Assembly (NCBI GenBank): GCA_013239625.1
Contig: MU054323.1
Span: 558,001-622,000, forward strand
From: Lama guanicoe
Taxonomy: Eukaryota
Length of the DNA stretch: 64,000 nt
Direction: 5' to 3'
Shown: piece by piece, positions 47,475 through 59,900 of the stretch
Layout: every line of letters starts with the position of its first letter
Position numbering within the stretch: position 1 is the stretch's first letter
Translations under genes and position numbers: made by a program
The notes under the pieces: model-generated
The model's input: the letters and a program-made list of their open reading frames with translations, nothing else
Told to the model about the DNA's origin: nothing
Databases searched by the model: none

Positions 47475-48839
47475 CTCGATTTCCTTCCTGTTTTGCCCTG
47501 TCTCTTCTCTGTCAAGATTAGCGACAATTAGCAACAAGATCCTGTACAATAAAGGAGTCCTTGTGTTGACTTTTAGGGACGTTGGTGAAAGTGGAGAATA
47601 GTTTGTTCTGTTAGACCCCTAGGAACGTGAAGAAAGACTTGAATTAGGGACCTAAGTGAGTGACCCTCAGCATCCCTTTAGCAACATGAACCATGGGTTT
47701 GTGTGACTGTGCCCCTGGGAAGACCAGACTGGTGTAGCAGGGAGTGAGCACGGGGCTCTCGGCAGGAGCCCCACCACTCAAGGGGTGGGGACGCAATAAG
47801 ATTAATTTAGATAGCCCAGATGATCATTTCTGAGTGCACCGAAATAAGCCCAAAGGCCAATTCACGGCTGAAAAGTAGCCTGGGTACTTGCGTTCTCACA
47901 AACAAACAAACAAACAAATCCTGTTTCCCTTAGAAAGCATCAGATCCCCAAGATGGAACTGAGCCCAGAGATGCCATAGCAAACTGTTGTAGCAGATGTG
48001 GTCCTAGACTGTGGCGCCATATTGTAGGAACATCACTGGGCTTGTCAGTGAGTGGGAGTGGTGCTTTCCTAGAGAGAGAATTTTTGGAAACACAAGACCC
48101 CCAGCACAATTGGTGTGGGGTGAGCAGTCCCCAAACTGACCCTGTGTAAGCCCCCCAGAGTCCCAGGGGACCCTCTCCAGGACCCCGGTTAGGATATAAG
48201 ATTCAACTGTCCGCAAGAGATTAAACCCATCACACCCAGACAATTTACCAGAACAAGCTCGGGCCTTCTCTAGAACACGAGAAGGAGATGCTGTGGCTCA
48301 GTGTTTACATGAAGCTAATTGTTATTTTCGCTTTATTCATGGCTTAGAAACAGAGCTCATAATGAAGGCTGAAGTGTCTCAGCTACCGCCGCTATGGCAG
48401 AGCTTCAGACTCGCGTGGAGGAAGCACATTAACTCAAAACCTGGCAAAACAGGAATTTTTAGAAAACATACTGGCATCTAGTGATTAGAGGAGAGTGGAC
48501 CCTAAATTGAGACCAGGAGACAAAACCACTATGGACTTTTTCTGCAAACCGCAGGGTAGGATGCAATTTCAGCTGAACTGAAATGAGCAAGACTTAAGAA
48601 TGGAGGAAGATTAAAGATAACTCATTTAGGGACGTTCCAATGGTCCTGATTTGATACTTGATGGTCCATTAGAATTCTTGGAAAGTATAAAAGGAGAAAT
48701 GCATTGCTGCCAATTTCCAAAGGGTTGTAGGGCAAACACCTTCTGGCTTGCCTTCCTGGTGGCCATTCTGTGTATGGATCTCAGTTTTCTCAGGGGCCCG
48801 CCTTAGAATCACGAGATTCTACCTTAGAATACAAGAAAG

Positions 48840-48990
48840 AGAGGAGACTTCAAGATGCTCCCTTGCCACAGGTGAGGAAACTGCAATCTAAAGGGGGTAA
48901 GACCTGCCTGAGCCCACACCACTAACTCCCTGGTCCCATGCAGGGAGCAGGCTTTCCATCTTCAAACCCATATTCTTCCTGCAGAGCTAT
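48840..48990 (-). mobile_element. MIR
   Basis: ACAGGTGAGGAAACTG..GGTAAGACCTGCCTGAG.CCACAC. Confidence 0.6.
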
Positions 48991-50099
48991 GTTGACTTGT
49001 AATACTTACGCTCAGGATTTTTCAGAAGCCACGCAAAGAGACTCCCGTTACACTCCTGAGTCTTCTCTGGGGTCACAAAACATAATCCAAAACTTGGGTC
49101 TTGTTGAGCTCATGACATCTATCTGTGGTCTCTCACGCACTCTGCACCCTTGGAGACCACCCCAGACCTTGTCTTAAAAAGAGCTCCATCCAGGGAGGAC
49201 ATTTGTAGACTATGACTTGATCTATTTTGGATATTGTTGAAACAAGTCTGGTTGGTTATTTGGGGAAGCACAGCAGGAGGGAAGAGGAGAGAGCCTCTCT
49301 GTCTACTCAGGGGCAAACAGGTGGATGTGGTCGAGGGGGACATCAGTGACGGCTTAACCTGCCCTCCTGTCTGCTTTCCCAGTCTCTTCCGGACAACTCT
49401 GGTCTCACCCTGCCATGGAGTTATGAGGAGGCTGGGGTAACAACAGGAATTCATCATCACTCTAGGATTGTCACAATGGACATGTGATATATAGACACAG
49501 GCACCAGAGAGCCTGCGGTTAACAGCTCAAAGGAATTAGTGTGTTAGGGACTGACTGTGATAACTAAAGCGTGGCTTGGGGTATAGTATCCCCCATCATC
49601 CTCCTTTCCGGTAGTTACAAGTTGTTTTTACAAATTACGAAGTTCCTCCTAGTACAAAGTACAAAGGACCTAGTAAGGACCTCTTCAATCCTTTCCTATA
49701 GAGATTGCACAAAGGCACAACTTCTGAACTACAGCTCTGCACCGTGCCACAAACCACCACTCTCATTCAGCGTTACGATGCAGAGGGTCTTAACTGTGAC
49801 ATCAAAAGGAAAAACAAGGGTCTTGCCTGCTGATTTTGTTGCACTGACACTTGACCTGAGGTACTGTACTAGTTGGTGGTTTAAATGTTTCTATGTTTGT
49901 CTGATTAGGTTAGAAGGAGGCCATAAACTGATCAGAATGTTGAAAGTTCATCAAAGCTGAAATATACAAGACAGTGGTGATACTCAAACTCTCCGTCTGA
50001 ATTTAAGGATGGGGCAGGAAAAGACGGATTGGCAGCTGTGTGTAAATGAGGAATGAGAGGCTCGTCAACTTGGGGCTGCTTTTAGGGTGATCCTGTTGC

Positions 50100-50605
50100 G
50101 TTCCCGCTATTTGGTAAAGCAAGTTCCTTATCCTTATTCTTTTTTAGAAGTATCCTGACTACTTTTAAGCCTTTAACTCTTTCATAGGTATCAGCTGATC
50201 AAAATTCATTTAAAAACATTCCAGTCGTGATTCTGATTGACGTGGATTGACTGGGGATGACTGCCAGTGTTAAAACTGTCTACTCATGAATATATCCATT
50301 TATGTATGTTTCTTTTAATATCTCTTTGTAAATGTTTAAAAATTTCTTTATAGAGGTCTAGAACTTCTTTTGACATTTGTAGCTTACGTAATGTCTTCTC
50401 TTTAATTGTTTTCTCAATATGTTTCAGCTCGTGCTTAGAATAGCAGTTGAAATTTTTATAATGATTTTGTATGCATCACCTTTTGCACTCTTTGTTTCTA
50501 ATCACTTATTGGTAGGAGATAGTTCTATTTCCAGCTTTCTAAATTTTCCTTTATCTTTCCTTCCTTCCTTCCTTCCTTCCGTCCTTCCTTCCTTTTTCTT
50601 CCTTC

Positions 50606-50650
<45 letters not shown>

Positions 50651-53050
50651 TTTCTTCCTTTCTTCCTTTCTTCCTTTCTTCCTTTCTTCCTTTCTTTCTT
50701 CCTTTCTTCCTTCCTTCCTTCCTTCCTTCCTTCTTTCCTTGCTTCCTTGTCTTACTAAACTCTTCAATTCAGGGTTGCCTAGATATGGTAACAGAATAAT
50801 GTTTCTCTCATTCTTAACTTTAAAGAGAATGCTTCTAACAATTTCCCACTTAGAGTGATGTCTATTTTAAATTTTTAATAGACATTGTTTACTGAGTTAA
50901 GAAAATTTCCTTCTATTCTTAATTTACTAAGAGTCTCATCATGAATGAATGTTGAATGTTACCAGATGTTTTTCTGCACCCATGAAAATGTTCATATAGA
51001 GCTTTTCCCTTTTGTTCAGTTTTAATCAGTTGAATGTGATGAATTACATTTGTAGATTTTCTAATATTAAACCATCCTTGCATGCCTGGGAAAAACTCAA
51101 CTTAGTTGCATCTGATAATTATATTTGGCAATATTTTGTTTAGCAGTTTTGATTTTAAGCTTATGAATGACATGGTCCTGTAATACTCTTATCTTCTAGC
51201 ATGTTGATTTTGTATTAGGGTTATACTGTCTTCAGAGAATAAATAAGGTCATTTAGGGCATAGGCTCTCCTTTTATGCTATCTAAAAGAAACAATATATT
51301 CCTTGAAAGATAGTGCTTTCCTATAAAACATCTGGGACTGCTGTTTTCTTCTGGGAAAAATTTAATTGCTGCATCATTAATTTAATAGTTATAAGACTAT
51401 TCATATTATTTTTTAAATGTAGCTCTGATAATTTATATGTTTCTAAGTATTTATTTCACCTAAGTTTTCAAAGTTACAGACAAATAGTTATTATAGTATT
51501 TTCTCCTTCTTTCTAATTTCTTATTTATCTGTGTTTATGCCCCAAATTTTGTCCCATTTTTTATTTATTATTTAATTTGTACCTTTACTTGATCAATCTT
51601 GACAGAGGTTTGCTTATTTTGTTTTTTTCCCCAACTTTTGGCTTTATCAATCTTTCCTGTTTTATCTTTGTATTTTATTTTGTTGATTTCTGCTCTTAAA
51701 TGAATTTGCTCTTTCTTTTGCTTTCTATGGTTTTATTTTGTTTTTCTCATTTCTTAAGATAAACACTTAGCACCTTAGTTTTGAGGCTTTCTTTCTGATA
51801 TTATTTATGCCTTATATTAGAAAATATAAGTTACTGTATCTCACACAAGCTTTGATGTATTTTGTTTTCCTTATAATGGAGTTCTAAGTATTTAAAAATA
51901 TTAATTATAATTTCTTCTTAACATGCAGGTGTTTTAGCATTCATATTAAAATTTCCAAATGAATTTTTAAAACATTTTTAAACATACCTTAATTATTTTG
52001 TGCTCAGAGGTCATGGCCTGTATAACTTTTTTGAAATTTAATTTATCAAGGCTTCATTTCTGCCTAATACCTGATCAATTTTTCTAAATGACCTATGTAT
52101 AGTTGAAAAAAATGTCTATTCACTAATTGGAAGAACTCTAAGTTTGCTCATTAGTCAAGATTCTTAACTAAGTTTTTCAGATCTTTTATATTCTTTGCAA
52201 TTTTTTTTCCTGCTTGTATTATCAATAATCAAGAAGGATATGTTAAAATCTCCAAATACAATGGGGAATTTTTCCACTTATCTTAATATATTTTGCTTCA
52301 CATATGTTGTGGCTTTATTAGGTTCAAAAAAATTTTAAGTTGCTATGATTTCTAAATTAACTCACATTTTTATCATGTGACCCTCTCTCTCTTTTACCTT
52401 ATTAATGTAGCGAAACCATCTTTCTCTTAGTTAACATTTGTCTTATATTTTCCATGTCATTTTATTTTCAACCTTATATTTTAGATGTATCTTTTGTAAA
52501 CAGCATATACAGGGATTAATAAAACCTAATCCACCTAATTATATCTTTTCATGGATGAATTTCATCCACTTATTTTTGCTTAAATTATGCATATGGATGA
52601 GCTAGTTTCTTTCATTTTAGTAGATTATTTCAGCATGTCCCACTATTTATGACTAAAAAATCCTTTATTATATTTTGAAAAGCTGATACCATATCAACTT
52701 ACATAAGGTAAGAACTTAGCAGCTGCTCACATTCCTTAGCTCTCCATCCATACCCACCAAATTGATATTGTCTAAATTTCAAAACTCTGGATAAACTCTT
52801 TTTCTTTAATACTCAGTATTATTATTTTATTATCTTCTTGCATCAGTGTTACTGTTGGAAAATCAAATGTTGTCTAATTCTTGTTCTTTATATATAATCT
52901 GTACTTTTCCTTTGGAAGATTTAGAATTTTCTCTTTGAATCTCATTATGATATATCCAGATATAATTCCCACCCCTCATCTCTCCTCTTTCAATCTGAAG
53001 TCTTTCACTCTTCTTCTAATTCTGGGAAATGTACCTCCATTACTTTTTAA
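50100..53050 (-). mobile_element. Long degraded old L1 (ORF2 region)
   Basis: T-rich strand with antisense L1 motifs ACTTTAAAGAGAATGCTTCTAAC, AACCATCCTTGCATGCCTGGG, GTTGAAAAAAATGTCTATTC, GTTAAAATCTCCAA and TCTTTTGTAAACAGCATA. Confidence 0.8.
50554..50740 (+). repeat. Compound polypyrimidine microsatellite (TTCC)n-(TTTC)n-(TTTCTTCC)n-(TTCC)n
   Basis: About 187 bp of pyrimidines with a single G at 50581. Confidence 0.97.
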
Positions 53051-54223
53051 ATATTTCTTTTTGATGATTTGAGTCTCCACTGGGCAAAACATCCTTTTCT
53101 AGGTAGGATCAGGAAAATGGAGATGAACTCACTGAAAATAATCCCGAGTGGCATAATTCAAGGCTCAGATAGTGGAGACCTTTTTTCCCCCACTTTGAAA
53201 ACATGTTGCCTGGGAGTACCTCTACTACTAAATGGTCATAGTTAAACTTCTTAAATTTATTTCTGCCCTTTTAGTTTTCCTATCTCAGTCCTTATGATCA
53301 TATTCCTGTCTCAGCCCTCATGGCAACTCTTGCTTTTAACCTTCTGCTTCTCCTTGGAGGATCTTGTGTGTATAAAGTTTTCATATTGATGGTATCAATA
53401 GGTTGCACGTGGGAGACTGGAGTGTCTCCGATAAGTAATGAGTGTGAATTTAATGAAAATTTTTGCTTGCTCAGAGAATCTCTTGTTTCTTCCTGGCATA
53501 ATAAATAAAGACATTAATTTGTGCATTTCAGTAAAGGAAAATGAATTTTAAGACTTTTAAATCTATATATGGGACCATCATCAGTGTGACTGCTGCAAAG
53601 TCATGGAACATTGATACAGCCTTGGACTTGGAATCAGAAAATAGAGGCTATTTAGGGATGGGGAACAGGGTGGTTACCAAGTGACCTGAGAAACTTTCTA
53701 ATGCTGATTATACAGGTCTATGAGACCAATTTGACTTTCAATTCTGGCTTCCGTATTATGTCATCATGTGAGTTTGTACAAGTCTCTACTTCTCAATCCA
53801 TATAGGAGAATTATTTTGAAAACCTCTATGGTCCCTTCCAGCTCTGAAAAACAAATTTTCCCAGCTGGAAGGAAGTTGAGTCTTTTGTAGTTCTATAATA
53901 CTATAGTTTGGAAAAACATTTGTGATAAACTACAAAGAGAGTCAGAGCCAGAGCAATTACCACCTGCCCAAGTTGTATGTTTCAGTCCTTAGTTACCTTG
54001 GCTTCTCATTTTCCAATGATGTCAGACGTGATCTTGCTGCATTGACTAAACTGAGTATTTGGAATTCAATCTAAAGCACACAATAACATCTCTGTGCCTG
54101 CTGACTTGATGCTAACCATTATACACACCAGTGTTTGCCATCCAAAGATATATAGCAAAGTGGTAAAATACATAAACATTTCAGTGTATGTTGTTAAAAA
54201 TTTACAGGTCTACCTTATGGTAG

Positions 54224-54746
54224 TGTTACCAAATCCAAACTTGTTCTGTTCACTGCATGACAGGCCAATAAATCTGGAGACAAGGTGCTGGGGTAAGGAA
54301 TAATGACTTTATTTGGAAAGCCAGCAGATGGAGAAGATGGGGTGCTAATGTCCCAGAGAACCGTCTTACCCACGTCAGAATTTAGGCTCCTTTTATACCA
54401 AAAAGGAATCAGTGCGGTTGGTTGGTGTAAATTTCTTGGTGTTGGAATCCTTTGTTCTTGCAGCTGTCCACATAGGTCAGGTCATCATGTTCCTGTAAAC
54501 CTCCAAAAAACAAACGCTATTCTCTGTACTGCAACTTTTTAATCTCCATATGAATAGAATAGAAAAATATTATACCCTTAAAGGTCAGAGCCTTGAGAAT
54601 AGGCTCTCCTGTATATTTCAGGCTCCAGGCAACATTCTTTTACAAAAGGTGCAGAACCAGCATGACTAAGCACAGGACACAGAGCCCAGGGTTAAAGCCA
54701 AAGGAACAGATCGAATAGGGAGTCAGACTTGTTCTTCCCTGTTATA
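54224..54746 (-). mobile_element. ERV solo LTR (ERV1-class), copy B, same family as 26621-27100
   Basis: 523 bp, TGTTACCAAATCCAA...GTTCTTCCCTGTTATA. Minus-strand TATAAAA and AATAAA. 4-bp TSD GTAG/ATAG. Confidence 0.87.
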
Positions 54747-55654
54747 ATAGAAAATTTTAAGAATTAATTAATTTATTCATTTATTTATGAAATAAAACAC
54801 AAATCATATTGAGCACACTGAATTTTCTATCAGGAGTTAGCTTTTATAATACAGAATTTTTGCAGGAAAAATTTTCAAGGTTCTGAAGGTCATGATTAAT
54901 TTGTAGATAACTATGAGAAATATTATTTAATACTGCCAATTAAAGTTTTTATATTTTCTAGGTCAATGTTTTTTCTCTGATCATACTTCAGCGTAAGAAA
55001 AATTCCTCAGTCAAATGAAATTTCATGGTGAGTTGAAAACTGACATTTTAGGAAGTACAACCTGTCAGAAACAGCTGCAAAAAACAATTCCTCTTGGTTT
55101 AATAGGTGATTAAATGCATGCATATCAGTAAAAGAAAATAACATTAAAAGAAACTTTCAGTTTAGACACACACATCATCACATGTATGGATCTTTGAGGA
55201 GGAATGGATATTTATTAAAAGAATATTGATAGAAAAGAAAAGGTATTTCTTCAAGCATTAGAAAGACTGTGGGAAAAGGGAAAGATCAGGGACACTTAGC
55301 TGACAAACCACAGATGATTTGTGTAAGTTACAATTTAAACCTTCTGGTCAACATGGTTTGGGATGTCCACTTGGCAGCATTGTGACAAGGAGGGCAATGT
55401 TTATGGAGGAGAAAGGGCCATGGTCCAGTTTGCATAGTCCACTTGATGTTGCCTCAGGGAATGCTTGTGATTCACAGATGAGAGGAGACTTCAAAATAAA
55501 AAAAAAATTAAAAAATTGAAAAACAAAGAAGACTGAGCTCATGTTTGGGAAGGCCTGGGTCAAGATCATGTGCACATAACTCCCCAAAATCTTTGGCATT
55601 TTTGTCTCCTCTTTTCTTGACCTCATATGTATCTATACATAGTGAGTTGTCTTC

Positions 55655-55862
55655 AGTACTTCTTAAAGGGAGCATCGTTGTCCTTTTGTAAAAGCAATTC
55701 CTCTGTGTGCTGGACTTGTCTGTGGGTTGCAGGATGTTTACTATCTCCAGCTCCCTGCCCAGAAAATGCTACCCACCTCAGGTATTATGGCAGCTAAAAA
55801 TAACTCTGTGCTGTTGGATTGCCCCCTAGAGGGCAGTACTTCCTCTGCTTGATTACCTTTGG
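55655..55862 (+). mobile_element. MER20/MER20B-like hAT MITE
   Basis: TTGCAGGATGTTTA..CTGCCCA..AAATGC..CAGCTAAAAA..GCCCCCTAGAGGGCAGTA, the MER20-family layout. Confidence 0.6.
55818..55838. promoter_or_regulatory. CTCF motif readable on both strands
   Basis: Plus strand TGCCCCCTAGAGGGCAGTA; minus strand TGCCCTCTAGGGGGCAATC. Both fit CCNSYAGRKGGCA. Motif match only. Confidence 0.5.
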
Positions 55863-55999
55863 CACCTGATGATCTCTGTGGTCTTTTTCATCTCAGAGAA
55901 GTGTGATTTTTCTCTATGTGTTATGCATTTTCACTGTATGGAAGAATACAATGGGGTGGAGGGGGAGAACCCTTTATATTTTGGAAGGCTTCTAAAGTA

Positions 56000-56292
56000 C
56001 CATTCACTTTTTATGGCTTGGATCCACTACCACTGCCATCTGGAAGATTTCTTTGATCTTGCCAAACATAGGTGACTTCTCCCCTGGGATACCCTAGACC
56101 CCACTTATCCTCTGTTACGGCAGTTGCCATATTGCTATCATTACCTGAATTTGTCCTCCTCCTTGACCGCCGGCTGTGAGCTCTTTGAGAACACAGACTG
56201 TGCCTTATTTATTCTCTATCTCCAGTAAACAACATAATTCTGGCATATCACAGGCACTCTATAAAATGTTGCCAAATGAATAAATGGATGAG
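56000..56292 (+). mobile_element. L2 3' end
   Basis: CTGTGAGCTCTTTGAGAACACAGACTGTG..CTGGCATATCACAGGCACTC..AAATGTTG..ATGAATAAATG. Confidence 0.8.
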
Positions 56293-56469
56293 GGAATAGC
56301 TAAGTTGAATCCATCGCATTTTCACATGAACATTTTCTCTCCAAAGGGATTTTCATTATATTTGCAGTGTAATGAACAGAAATGAAGAGTTAAGAGATTG
56401 TCAGATTGATCATAACAATAAGTAACAAAAATATAATAAGCAACAGTAAAAGTAAGTCAGAATCATGAT

Positions 56470-56845
56470 TATATCGTTACCTAAGATCTTACTATGTGCC
56501 AGGCAATGTTTAAACACTTGAACTTTACCTTATTTCATTTAATCCCTGCAACAGAGCTGGGACTAGGGTAAGGCAAGAGAGGCACCCAGGATGCAGAATT
56601 TGGGGAAGCTTTCCTTCTACCACTGACTTGGCACTGGTCTGACCCTGAGAGAGTGCTTGCCTCACCCTAGTCTCAGCCCTACCCCACAAAAGTTCTCTTA
56701 AATGTTTTTAATTCTCATTTTACAGACGAAGAAACTGAGTTCAGAGAGTTAAAATAATTTGCATATCTATGCAGGCAGTAAGTGATGGAGCTGGAGTCAA
56801 ACCTGAGCCTATCTGATGCTGAGGCACATGCTTTTAACCACTAGG
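56470..56845 (-). mobile_element. MIR interrupted by a MER96-like MITE
   Basis: CTTACTATGTGCCAGGCA..TTTCATTTAATCC | insertion | CTCATTTTACAGACGAAGAAACTGAGTTCAGAGAG..AGTAAGTGATGGAGCTGG. Confidence 0.85.
56552..56681. mobile_element. hAT MITE, MER96-like
   Basis: TIRs CAGAGCTGGGACTAGGGTAAGGCAAG / CTTGCCTCACCCTAGTCTCAGCCCTA. 8-bp TSD CCCTGCAA / CCCCACAA. Confidence 0.8.
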
Positions 56846-57199
56846 GACAGGGCTGGTGCCAGATTGGGAACTTGTGGTTACTGGTCCCCACTAGATGAGT
56901 ACAGAACCAGAGAAAAGCATTTAGAAACTTCTAGCAACTTGACACTGCTCCTACAACCACGTCCATGATCAATGTACTCATTGCCTTGGGAAAAAAAAAA
57001 AGATACAAAAGTATCAGCACACTATGGACTCGGAAAAACAAATGAACAAACAAATTGATCCTTTGACCCAGATTAAGAAGTACACATCAGGAAATACTAG
57101 AGAAATTAAGGCATCTTTTTTTTTTAATTCTTTCTTTGCAGTTATGTGACGAATTAAAAGACAGGGTACTGAGTAATGTAATAATGTGAAACTTCTCAG

Positions 57200-58850
57200 T
57201 CTTTTTCATTATATTTTTAATTTAATTTTTATCTTTTAAAATAGTTTTGGCACCTCATGTACGTGACTTGAGTTGTATTCATCATAATCTGTCATTAACA
57301 ATGTAGCCTCAACATCATGTGTGAACGTCAATTTATTTATTGATATTGATATGATATAGTGATATATTGAACATCCATGGTTCACCACTCAAGCCAGGAA
57401 TCAGACCAATTTCGTTAACTTACAACTACCCTAGCAGTCCTCCATAATTCTATCTGCTTTCCTCTCCCCATCCTCAACGTTATGCCACTAGGAGTTACCT
57501 ATGTTGCAGCTGTGTGGTTTTGCTGCTGCTTCTTTTTTTTTTTTGAATGGAGTTGTAATTGTGTCATTTTCATGGTGTTGGTATTTCATGATATGAATAT
57601 CTTCATTTCTCCTTGATGACATTTGTGTTGTGTGCCAGCCATCAATTTGTTGCTTCTCAGCTCCAGAGTCACCCTTCATTGCCTGTTCTGTGACAATGGA
57701 GTTGAGCCCTGTAAACATTTTATCTTTATCAGTAGTGGGCACTGGTTGGGGTGGGGGGGGACACAGGGCTTCTTTTCCAGTTTCCATGTGCTCCTCTTGG
57801 AGGGCTTCTGCCACATGGATGGGCTTCTCTGGTGCCAGGCTCTTACAGTGCATGGCAGCCAGTAGTCCCCGGGGGTCAGCAGCATGTGGAACCTCTCTGG
57901 GGGGCTCCTTGTGGTACCACTTAGACTGAGTGAGTTCTGAGGCACCACATGTCCCTGTGGACAATTTCCACTTGCATCCCAAAGAGTGGGTTTCTGTTGG
58001 GTCCACTGGCATGACACCCTAGTGGACTTCTGTACCACCCAGTGAGCCATACTGTTTCCTCTCCAGTGAAACCTGTGTCTCAGCCTTGAGTAAGGGGCCC
58101 TTTTTTAGATATATTCCTTCCTTCAGTGCTCTAATGCAGCTCTAGGGGTGGCGGTTGTTCCTTATACCTATCATTCTTATATTCTTTGGTTTTCTGTCCC
58201 TTATAGCCAATTCCCTTTTATTCTAATCCCCTATGAGAGTTAACATTTTATTAATGTTTAATGTTTTCTGTTCAAAGTACTATGTGATTTTATGTCTTGA
58301 GTGGACCATGACTGACGTAGCTTGTTTCTACTTTTTTTTTTTTGCTGTTATATACAATGCTTCTATGAACATCCTTATATAGTCATGCATGAATGTGTTT
58401 TTCTTTGTACATGTGTAAACATTTTCCTATGGTATAAGAATGTCATTGTACAACCATAAAATGTGCAACAGTTAAACTTGATAACTTTATAAGGTAGCCC
58501 CAAATTGTGGTCATTACTAGCAGTGTATGAGGGAGCCCATTGCTTCATATTCTCTCTACTGATTTTATTATCTAACTTCTCAGTTTTTGTCAGTCAGAAC
58601 AGTGGAAACTGATACACCATTGTGGTCTTGATTTGCACTTCCCTGATTAAGAATGGACTTGAATATATCTTTATATTTTTATTGGTCATACATTTCTCTT
58701 CTTCTCTAACTCACCTACTTATGTCTTTGCTTATTTTTCTATTCAGCTGTTTGCATTTTTACACTTTGATTTTTATAAGTTTTTTGTGTACATTTTTTCC
58801 TCCTTTGTCTGATATGTCATGGCAAGTTTATTTGTCCAATTTTTTGACTG
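57200..58850 (-). mobile_element. Old L1 (3' UTR/ORF2 end), interrupted by an ERVL LTR
   Basis: GATGACATTTG|TGTTG...GCTTG|TTTCTACTTTTT..AATGCTTCTATGAACATCCTT; CATTGTGGTCTTGATTTGCACTTCCCTGATT. Confidence 0.7.
57631..58319 (+). mobile_element. ERVL solo LTR (LTR41-like)
   Basis: Starts TGTGCCAGCCATCAATTTGTTGCTTCTCAGCTCCA..CACCCTTC..CTGTTCTGTGACAATGGAG and ends TGGACCATGACTGACGTA. Degenerate 5-bp TSD TGTTG/GCTTG. Confidence 0.75.
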
Positions 58851-58861
58851 TCAAAAAACAC

Positions 58862-59900
58862 TTTTTTCCAGCTTTATTGAGATATAATTGACATAACATA
58901 TTTGTGAAAGTTTAAGAGGTATAACATGAGGACTTAATACACATATATATTTTGAAATGATGACCACAATAAAATTAGTTAACACATCACCTCCTGTAAT
59001 TACCATTTTTTTTTGAGTGGTGATGAGAACTTTCAGGAGCTACTCTCTTAGCAACTTTGAAGTATACGATACAGTGTAATACCGTACAGTATAGAACAAT
59101 ACAGTGATCACCATGCAGCACCTTAGATCCCCAGAATTTATTCATCTTACAACCCTAAGTTTGTTCATCTTTCCCACAATTGCTTTGGCTATTCAGGGTC
59201 TTTTGTGGTGCCATACAAATTTTAGGATTGCTCTCTCTATTTCTATGAAAATGCCATTGGAATTTTGTCAGGAATTGTATTGAATCTGATTATGGCTTTG
59301 GGCATTTTAAACAAGATTGATTTTTCCAATTCACAAACATAGATATCTTTATATTTATTTGTATCTTCAATGTCTTTCTTCAAAGTCAGTGTACAGTTCT
59401 TTAACCAGTGTTGGTTAAATTTATTTCTAAATATTTTATTGTTTTAATGCTATTGCAAACAGGATTGTTTGGGCTTTATTTCTTAAGATATTTATTCATT
59501 AGGGTATAGAAATGGAATTGATTTTTGTATGTTGATTTTGTATCCTGAAACTTTACTGAATTCATTTATTAATTAACAGATTTTTGGTGGAGTCTTTAGG
59601 GCTTTCTATATATAAGATCATGTCATTTACAAATAGGGACAATTTTACATCTTCCTTTCCAACTTGAATGCCTTTTCTTTCTTTTTCTTGCCTAACCGAT
59701 CTGGTTAGAACTCCCACTTTTATGTTTAATAGGAATGGTGAGAGTTTCCTTGTCTTATTCCTGATCTTAGAGGAAGAATTTTCAATATTTCACCATTGAA
59801 TATGTTGTTAGCTATGGGCCTGTTATATACGGCCCTATTATGTTAAAGTATGTTCCTTTTATATCTGATTTACTGAGGGTTTTTATCATGAAAGGGTGTT
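58862..59900 (-). mobile_element. L1MA9/10-like element (3' end joined to an ORF2 segment)
   Basis: TTTTCCAGCTTTATTGAGATATAATTGACA..CTACTCTCTTAGCAA..TTAGATCCCCAGAA, then GCTTTGGCTATTCAGGGTCTTTTGTGG..GTTGATTTTGTATCCTG..CCTGATCTTAGAGGAA. Confidence 0.85.

Noticed and set aside
50419..50799. Hydrophobic FLPS-rich and charged KERK-rich ORFs
   Set aside because: These are translations of the pyrimidine microsatellite.
26621..54746. A provirus bounded by the two related LTRs
   Set aside because: The LTRs are inverted, 27 kb apart and have different TSDs, and no PBS or gag/pol/env sequence is visible.
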